A stretch of 64,000 nucleotides of DNA from Eledone cirrhosa (Eukaryota): positions 2,170,001-2,234,000 of the forward strand of contig OZ024744.1 in assembly GCA_964016885.1 (NCBI GenBank), read 5' to 3'. Below the pieces are notes generated by a model. The model was not told the DNA's origin and did no database searches. It worked only from the letters and a program-made list of their open reading frames with translations. Each line of letters begins with the position of its first letter. Within the stretch, counting starts at the first letter, position 1. The position numbers and the translations under genes are program-made. This document shows positions 56,170 to 64,000 of this stretch, one piece after another.

Positions 56170-59100
56170 TACCTTGTCTTCCCACAAAACGTCATTCTTC
56201 ACCAAGCTATCTTTCTCTACCTTGTCTTCTCCCAAAACTTCGTTCTTCACCAAGCTATCTTTCTCTACCTTGTCTTCCCTCAGAACTTCGTTCTTCACCA
56301 AGCTATCTTTCTCTACCTTGTCTTCCCTCAAAACTTCTTTCTTCACCAAGCTATCTTTCTCTACCTTGTCTTCCCTCAAAACGTCGTTCTTCACCAAGCT
56401 ATCTTTCTCTACCTTGTCTTCTCCCAAAACTTCGTTATTCACCAAGCTATCTTTCTCTACCTTGTCTTCCCCCAAAACTTCGTTCTTCACCAAGCTTTCT
56501 TTCTCTACACTGTCTTCCCCAAAACTTCGTTCTTCACCAAGCTATCTTTCTCTACCTTGTCTTCCCCCAAAATTTCGTTGTTCACCAAGCTATCTTTCTC
56601 TACCTTGTCTTCCCCCAAAACTTCGTTCTTCACCAAGCTATCTTTCTCTACCTTGTCTTCACCCAAAGCTTCGTTCTTCACCAAGCTATCTTTCTCTACC
56701 TTGTCTTCCCACAAAACGTCGTTCTTCACCAAGCTATCTTTCTCTACCTTGTTTTCCCTCAAAACTTCGTTCTTCACCAAGCTATCTTTCTCTACCTTAT
56801 CTTCCCCCAAAACTTCTTTCTTCACCAAGCTATCTTTCTCTACCTTGTCTTCCCCCAAAACTTCGTTCTTCACCAAGCTATCTTTCTCTACCTTGTCTTC
56901 CCTCAAAACTTCGTTCTTCACCAAGCTATCTTTCTCGACCTTGTCTTCTCCCAAAACTTCGTTATTCACCAAGCTATCTTTCTCTACCTTGTCTTCCCAC
57001 AAAACTTCGTTCTTCACCAAGCTATCTTTCTCTACCTTGTCTTCCCTCAAAACGTCGTTCTTCACCAAGCTATCTTTCTCTACATTGTCTTCCCCAAAAC
57101 ATCGTTCTTCACCAAGCTATCTTTCTCTACCTTGTCTTCCCCCAAAACTTCGTTCTTCACCAAGCTATCTTTCTCTACCTTGTCTTCCCCCAAAACTTCG
57201 TTCTTCACCAAGCTATCTTTCTCTACCTTGTCTTCCCTCAAAACGTCGTTATTCACCAAGCTATCTTTCTCTACCTTGTCTTCTCCCAAAACTTCGTTAT
57301 TCACCAAGCTATCTTTCTCTACCTTGTCTTCCCTCAAAACTTCGTTCTTCACCAAGCTATCTTTCTCTACCTTGTCTTCCCCCAAAACTTCGTTCTTCAC
57401 CAAGCTATCTTTCTCTACCTTGTCTTCCCCCAAAACTTCGTTCTTCACCAAGCTATCTTTCTCTACCTTGTCTTCCCCCAAAACTTCGTTCTTCACCAAG
57501 TCATCTTTCTCTACCTTGTCATCCCTCTAAACTTCGTTCTTCACCAATCTATCTTTCTCTACCTTGTCTTCCCCCAAAACTACGTTCTTCACCAACCTAT
57601 CTTTCTCTAGCTTGTCTTCACACAAAACCTCGTTCTTCACCAAGCTATCTTTCTCTACCTTGTCTTCCCTCAGAACTTCGTTCTTCACCAAGCTATCTTT
57701 CTCTACCTTGTCTTCCCCCAAAACTTCGTTCTTCACCAAGCTATCTTTCTCTACCTTGTCTTCCCCCAAAACTACGTTCTTCACCAAGCTATCTTTCTCT
57801 ACCTTGTCCTCCCCCAAAACTTCGTTCTTCACCAAGCTATCTTTCTCTACCTTGTCTTCCCTCAGAACTTCGTTCTTCACCAAGCTATCTTTCTCTACCT
57901 CGTCTTCCCCCAAAACTTCGTTCTTCACCAAGCTATCTTTCTCTACATTGTCTTCCCCAAAACTTCGTTCTTCACCAAGCTATCTTTCTCTACCTTGTCT
58001 TCCCCCAAAACTTCGTTCTTCACCAAGCTATCTTTCTCTACCTTGTCTTCCCCCAAAACTTCGTTCTTCACCAAGTCATCTTTCTCTACCTTGTCATCCC
58101 TCAAAACTTCGTTCTTCACCAATCTATCTTTCTCTACCTTGTCTTCCCCCAAAACTACGTTCTTCACCAAGCTATCTTTCTCTAGCTTGTCTTCACACAA
58201 AACCTCGTTCTTCACCAAGCTATCTTTCTCTACCTTGTCTTCCCACAAAACGTCATTCTTCACCAAGCTATCTTTCTCTACCTTGTCTTCTCCCAAAACT
58301 TCGTTCTTCACCAAGCTATCTTTCTCTACCTTGTCTTCCCTCAGAACTTCGTTCTTCACCAAGCTATCTTTCTCTACCTTGTCTTCCCTCAAAACTTCGT
58401 TCTTCACCAAGCTATCTTTCTCTACCTTGTCTTCCCTCAAAACGTCGTTCTTCACCAAGCTATCTTTCTCTACCTTGTCTTCTCCCAAAACTTCGTTATT
58501 CACCAAGCTATCTTTCTCTACCTTGTCTTCCCCCAAAACTTCGTTCTTCACCAAGCTTTCTTTCTCTACACTGTCTTCCCCAAAACTTCGTTCTTCACCA
58601 AGCTATCTTTCTCTACCTTGTCTTCCCCCAAAATTTCGTTGTTCACCAAGCTATCTTTCTCTACCTTGTCTTCCCCCAAAACTTCGTTCTTCACCAAGCT
58701 ATCTTTCTCTACCTTGTCTTCACCCAAAGCTTCGTTCTTCACCAAGCTATCTTTCTCTACCTTGTCTTCCCACAAAACGTCGTTCTTCACCAAGCTATCT
58801 TTCTCTACCTTGTTTTCCCTCAAAACTTCGTTCTTCACCAAGCTATCTTTCTCTACCTTATCTTCCCCCAAAACTTCTTTCTTCACCAAGCTATCTTTCT
58901 CTACCTTGTCTTCCCCCAAAACTTCGTTCTTCACCAAGCTATCTTTCTCTACCTTGTCTTCCCTCAAAACTTCGTTCTTCACCAAGCTATCTTTCTCGAC
59001 CTTGTCTTCTCCCAAAACTTCGTTATTCACCAAGCTATCTTTCTCTACCTTGTCTTCCCACAAAACTTCGTTCTTCACCAAGCTATCTTTCTCTACCTTG

Positions 59101-62100
59101 TCTTCCCTCAAAACGTCGTTCTTCACCAAGCTATGTTTCTCTACATTGTCTTCCCCAAAACATCGTTCTTCACCAAGCTATCTTTCTCTACCTTGTCTTC
59201 CCCCAAAACTTCGTTCTTCACCAAGCTATCTTTCTCTACCTTGTCTTCCCCCAAAACTTCGTTCTTCACCAAGCTATCTTTCTCTACCTTGTCTTCCCTC
59301 AAAACGTCGTTATTCACCAAGCTATCTTTCTCTACCTTGTCTTCTCCCAAAACTTCGTTATTCACCAAGCTATCTTTCTCTACCTTGTCTTCCCTCAAAA
59401 CTTCGTTCTTCACCAAGCTATCTTTCTCTACCTTGTCTTCCCCCAAAACTTCGTTCTTCACCAAGCTATCTTTCTCTACCTTGTCTTCCCCCAAAACTTC
59501 GTTCTTCACCAAGCTATCTTTCTCTACCTTGTCTTCCCCCAAAACTTCGTTCTTCACCAAGTCATCTTTCTCTACCTTGTCATCCCTCTAAACTTCGTTC
59601 TTCACCAATCTATCTTTCTCTACCTTGTCTTCCCCCAAAACTACGTTCTTCACCAACCTATCTTTCTCTAGCTTGTCTTCACACAAAACCTCGTTCTTCA
59701 CCAAGCTATCTTTCTCTACCTTGTCTTCCCTCAGAACTTCGTTCTTCACCAAGCTATCTTTCTCTACCTTGTCTTCCCCCAAAACTTCGTTCTTCACCAA
59801 GCTATCTTTCTCTACCTTGTCTTCCCCCAAAACTACGTTCTTCACCAAGCTATCTTTCTCTACCTTGTCCTCCCCCAAAACTTCGTTCTTCACCAAGCTA
59901 TCTTTCTCTACCTTGTCTTCCCTCAGAACTTCGTTCTTCACCAAGCTATCTTTCTCTACCTCGTCTTCCCCCAAAACTTCGTTCTTCACCAAGCTATCTT
60001 TCTCTACATTGTCTTCCCCAAAACTTCGTTCTTCACCAAGCTATCTTTCTCTACCTTGTCTTCCCCCAAAACTTCGTTCTTCACCAAGCTATCTTTCTCT
60101 ACCTTGTCTTCCCCCAAAACTTCGTTCTTCACCAAGTCATCTTTCTCTACCTTGTCATCCCTCAAAACTTCGTTCTTCACCAATCTATCTTTCTCTACCT
60201 TGTCTTCCCCCAAAACTACGTTCTTCACCAAGCTATCTTTCTCTAGCTTGTCTTCACACAAAACCTCGTTCTTCACCAAGCTATCTTTCTCTACCTTGTC
60301 TTCCCCCAAAACTTCGTTCTTCACCAAGCTATCTTTCTCTACCTTGTCTTCCCCCAAAACTTCGTTCTTCACCAAGCTATCTTTCTCTACCTTGTCTTCC
60401 CCCAAAACTTCGTTCTTCACCAAGTCATCTTTCTCTACCTTGTCATCCCCCTAAACTTCGTTCTTCACCAATCTATCTTTCTCTACCTTGTCTTCCCCCA
60501 AAACTACGTTCTTCACCAACCTATCTTTCTCTAGCTTGTCTTCACACAAAACCTCGTTCTTCACCAAGCTATCTTTCTCTACCTTGTCTTCCCTCAGAAC
60601 TTCGTTCTTCACCAAGCTATCTTTCTCTACCTTGTCTTCCCCCAAAACTTCGTTCTTCACCAAGCTATCTTTCTCTACCTTGTCTTCCCCCAAAACTACG
60701 TTCTTCACCAAGCTATCTTTCTCTACCTTGTCCTCCCCCAAAACTTCGTTCTTCACCAAGCTATCTTTCTCTACCTTGTCTTCCCTCAGAACTTCGTTCT
60801 TCACCAAGCTATCTTTCTCTACCTCGTCTTCCCCCAAAACTTCGTTCTTCACCAAGCTATCTTTCTCTACATTGTCTTCCCCAAAACTTCGTTCTTCACC
60901 AAGCTATCTTTCTCTACCTTGTCTTCCCCCAAAACTTCGTTCTTCACCAAGCTATCTTTCTCTACCTTGTCTTCCCCCAAAACTTCGTTCTTCACCAAGT
61001 CATCTTTCTCTACCTTGTCATCCCTCAAAACTTCGTTCTTCACCAATCTATCTTTCTCTACCTTGTCTTCCCCCAAAACTACGTTCTTCACCAAGCTATC
61101 TTTCTCTAGCTTGTCTTCACACAAAACCTCGTTCTTCACCAAGCTATCTTTCTCTACCTTGTCTTCCCACAAAACGTCATTCTTCACCAAGCTATCTTTC
61201 TCTACCTTGTCTTCTCCCAAAACTTCGTTCTTCACCAAGCTATCTTTCTCTACCTTGTCTTCCCTCAGAACTTCGTTCTTCACCAAGCTATCTTTCTCTA
61301 CCTTGTCTTCCCTCAAAACTTCGTTCTTCACCAAGCTATCTTTCTCTACCTTGTCTTCCCTCAAAACGTCGTTCTTCACCAAGCTATCTTTCTCTACCTT
61401 GTCTTCTCCCAAAACTTCGTTATTCACCAAGCTATCTTTCTCTACCTTGTCTTCCCCCAAAACTTCGTTCTTCACCAAGCTTTCTTTCTCTACACTGTCT
61501 TCCCCAAAACTTCGTTCTTCACCAAGCTATCTTTCTCTACCTTGTCTTCCCCCAAAATTTCGTTGTTCACCAAGCTATCTTTCTCTACCTTGTCTTCCCC
61601 CAAAACTTCGTTCTTCACCAAGCTATCTTTCTCTACCTTGTCTTCACCCAAAGCTTCGTTCTTCACCAAGCTATCTTTCTCTACCTTGTCTTCCCACAAA
61701 ACGTCGTTCTTCACCAAGCTATCTTTCTCTACCTTGTTTTCCCTCAAAACTTCGTTCTTCACCAAGCTATCTTTCTCTACCTTATCTTCCCCCAAAACTT
61801 CTTTCTTCACCAAGCTATCTTTCTCTACCTTGTCTTCCCCCAAAACTTCGTTCTTCACCAAGCTATCTTTCTCTACCTTGTCTTCCCTCAAAACTTCGTT
61901 CTTCACCAAGCTATCTTTCTCGACCTTGTCTTCTCCCAAAACTTCGTTATTCACCAAGCTATCTTTCTCTACCTTGTCTTCCCACAAAACTTCGTTCTTC
62001 ACCAAGCTATCTTTCTCTACCTTGTCTTACCTCAAAACGTCGTTCTTCACCAAGCTATCTTTCTCTACATTGTCTTCCCCAAAACATCGTTCTTCACCAA

Positions 62101-63300
62101 GCTATCTTTCTCTACCTTGTCTTCCCCCAAAACTTCGTTCTTCACCAAGCTATCTTTCTCTACCTTGTCTTCCCCCAAAACTTCGTTCTTCACCAAGCTA
62201 TCTTTCTCTACCTTGTCTTCCCTCAAAACGTCGTTATTCACCAAGCTATCTTTCTCTACCTTGTCTTCTCCCAAAACTTCGTTATTCACCAAGCTATCTT
62301 TCTCTACCTTGTCTTCCCTCAAAACTTCGTTCTTCACCAAGCTATCTTTCTCTACCTTGTCTTCCCCCAAAACTTCGTTCTTCACCAAGCTATCTTTCTC
62401 TACCTTGTCTTCCCCCAAAACTTCGTTCTTCACCAAGCTATCTTTCTCTACCTTGTCTTCCCCCAAAACTTCGTTCTTCACCAAGTCATCTTTCTCTACC
62501 TTGTCATCCCTCTAAACTTCGTTCTTCACCAATCTATCTTTCTCTACCTTGTCTTCCCCCAAAACTACGTTCTTCACCAACCTATCTTTCTCTAGCTTGT
62601 CTTCACACAAAACCTCGTTCTTCACCAAGCTATCTTTCTCTACCTTGTCTTCCCTCAGAACTTCGTTCTTCACCAAGCTATCTTTCTCTACCTTGTCTTC
62701 CCCCAAAACTTCGTTCTTCACCAAGCTATCTTTCTCTACCTTGTCTTCCCCCAAAACTACGTTCTTCACCAAGCTATCTTTCTCTACCTTGTCCTCCCCC
62801 AAAACTTCGTTCTTCACCAAGCTATCTTTCTCTACCTTGTCTTCCCTCAGAACTTCGTTCTTCACCAAGCTATCTTTCTCTACCTCGTCTTCCCCCAAAA
62901 CTTCGTTCTTCACCAAGCTATCTTTCTCTACATTGTCTTCCCCAAAACTTCGTTCTTCACCAAGCTATCTTTCTCTACCTTGTCTTCCCCCAAAACTTCG
63001 TTCTTCACCAAGCTATCTTTCTCTACCTTGTCTTCCCCCAAAACTTCGTTCTTCACCAAGTCATCTTTCTCTACCTTGTCATCCCTCAAAACTTCGTTCT
63101 TCACCAATCTATCTTTCTCTACCTTGTCTTCCCCCAAAACTACGTTCTTCACCAAGCTATCTTTCTCTAGCTTGTCTTCACACAAAACCTCGTTCTTCAC
63201 CAAGCTATCTTTCTCTACCTTGTCTTCCCCCAAAACTTCGTTCTTCACCAAGCTATCTTTCTCTACCTTGTCTTCCCCCAAAACTTCGTTCTTCACCAAG
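56170..63300. repeat. Nested tandem higher-order repeats: 43-mer (2061 bp), 18-mer (863 bp) and their sum, a 61-mer (2924 bp)
   Basis: 56505/58566, 57080/59141 and 57527/59588 have offset 2061. 59588/60451 and 60004/60867 have offset 863. 57943/60867, 58566/61490, 59141/62065 and 60004/62928 have offset 2924. Confidence 0.92.
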
Positions 63301-63480
63301 TCATCTTTCTCTACCTTGTCATCCCTCAAAACTTCGTTCTTCACCAATCTATCTTTCTCTACCTTGTCTTCCCCCAAAACTACGTTCTTCACCAAGCTAT
63401 CTTTCTCTAGCTTGTCTTCACACAAAACCTCGTTCTTCACCAAGCTATCTTTCTCTACCTTGTCTTCCCCCAAAACTTCG
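63001..63480. repeat. Perfect 5-monomer (240 bp) tandem duplication of the variant cassette
   Basis: 63001-63240 is identical to 63241-63480, including the aagtcatc, caatct, actacg and tagc markers. Confidence 0.92.
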
Positions 63481-64000
63481 TTCTTCACCAAGCTATCTTT
63501 CTCTACCTTGTCTTCCCCCAAAACTTCGTTCTTCACCAAGCTATCTTTCTCTACCTTGTCCTCCCACAAAACTTCGTTCTTCACCAAGCTATCTTTCTCT
63601 ACCTTGTCTTCCCACAAAACGTCGTTCTTCACCAAGCTATCTTTCTCTACCTTGTCTTCCCTCAAAACTTCGTTCTTCACCAAGCTATCTTTCTCTACCT
63701 TGTCTTCCCTCAAAACGTCGTTCTTCACCAAGCTATCTTTCTCTACCTTGTCTTCTCCCAAAACTTCGTTATTCACCAAGCTATCTTTCTCTACCTTGTC
63801 TTCCCTCAAAACTTCGTTCTTCACCAAGCTATCGTTCTCTAGCTTGTCTTCCCACAAAACGTCGTTCTTCACCAAGCTATCTTTCTCTACCTTGTCTTCC
63901 CTCAGAACTTCGTTCTTCAACAAGCTATCTTTCTCTACCTTGTCTTCCCCCAAAACTACGTTCTTCACCAAGCTATCTTTCTCTAGCTTGTCTTCACACA

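Larger units (their letters stand above)
1..64000. repeat. 48-bp tandem satellite array (~1335 monomers, one orientation), running off both window ends
   Basis: Unit CTTCCCCCAAAACTTCGTTCTTCACCAAGCTATCTTTCTCTACCTTGT recurs continuously, usually with only a few differences per copy. A monomer starts at 1 and another at 63992, and 63991=48x1335-89, equal to the 89 deleted bases counted from frame breaks in the ORF track. Confidence 0.99.

Noticed and set aside
45-63170. Giant + strand ORFs (up to 5982 aa, e.g. 31672-49620, 140-12163)
   Set aside because: The consensus has no stop in any + frame, so all three frames are open. The ORFs overlap, start at non-ATG codons and cycle through three unrelated peptides at each 1-bp deletion.
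88-63971. Series of - strand (GEDKVEKDSLVKNEVL)n ORFs as current genes or one programmed-frameshift gene
   Set aside because: They are broken by 88 inherited deletion monomers and about a dozen TAG variants, with no unique N- or C-terminus, ATG start or regulatory context. Kept only as an ancestry hypothesis.
1-64000. CRISPR-like array or diversity-cassette system (constant part plus variable CCCCC/CCCTC/CCCAC part)
   Set aside because: There are no unique spacers, leader, cas, reverse transcriptase or recombinase genes. Variation is point substitution copied in blocks.
1-64000. G-quadruplex or i-motif array
   Set aside because: There is one G5/C5 run per 48 bp with ~43-nt loops, often interrupted by variants, which is not a canonical motif.
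1-64000. Pure sequencing artefact (concatemer or homopolymer noise)
   Set aside because: Variants are linked into reproducible haplotypes, with regional gradients and copy-specific differences. Local misassembly is still possible.

Overview
The whole 64-kb window is one uninterrupted, head-to-tail, single-orientation 48-bp satellite array with no unique sequence, gene, RNA gene, CRISPR spacer or mobile element. Consensus (+): CTTCCCCCAAAACTTCGTTCTTCACCAAGCTATCTTTCTCTACCTTGT (75% pyrimidine; 18 C, 18 T, 9 A, 3 G). Phase arithmetic gives 1335 complete monomers plus 9 bp (48x1335-89=63991). The 89 missing bases match a hand count of 87 47-bp monomers and one 46-bp monomer, so no insertion is needed anywhere. 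All listed ORFs are by-products of the repeat: the unit is 16 codons long, has no stop in any + frame and has one open - frame. The real information lies in the order of variant monomers. It forms irregular, nested higher-order repeats (periods from 5 to about 200 monomers) built from recurrent multi-monomer cassettes, with region-specific variants and blocks of different apparent age. This looks like a eukaryotic heterochromatic, centromeric or subtelomeric satellite, but I cannot identify the family or organism. I found no new gene system. The most testable unusual signal is a modest excess of substitutions at one codon position, which may point to a protein-coding ancestry of the monomer.
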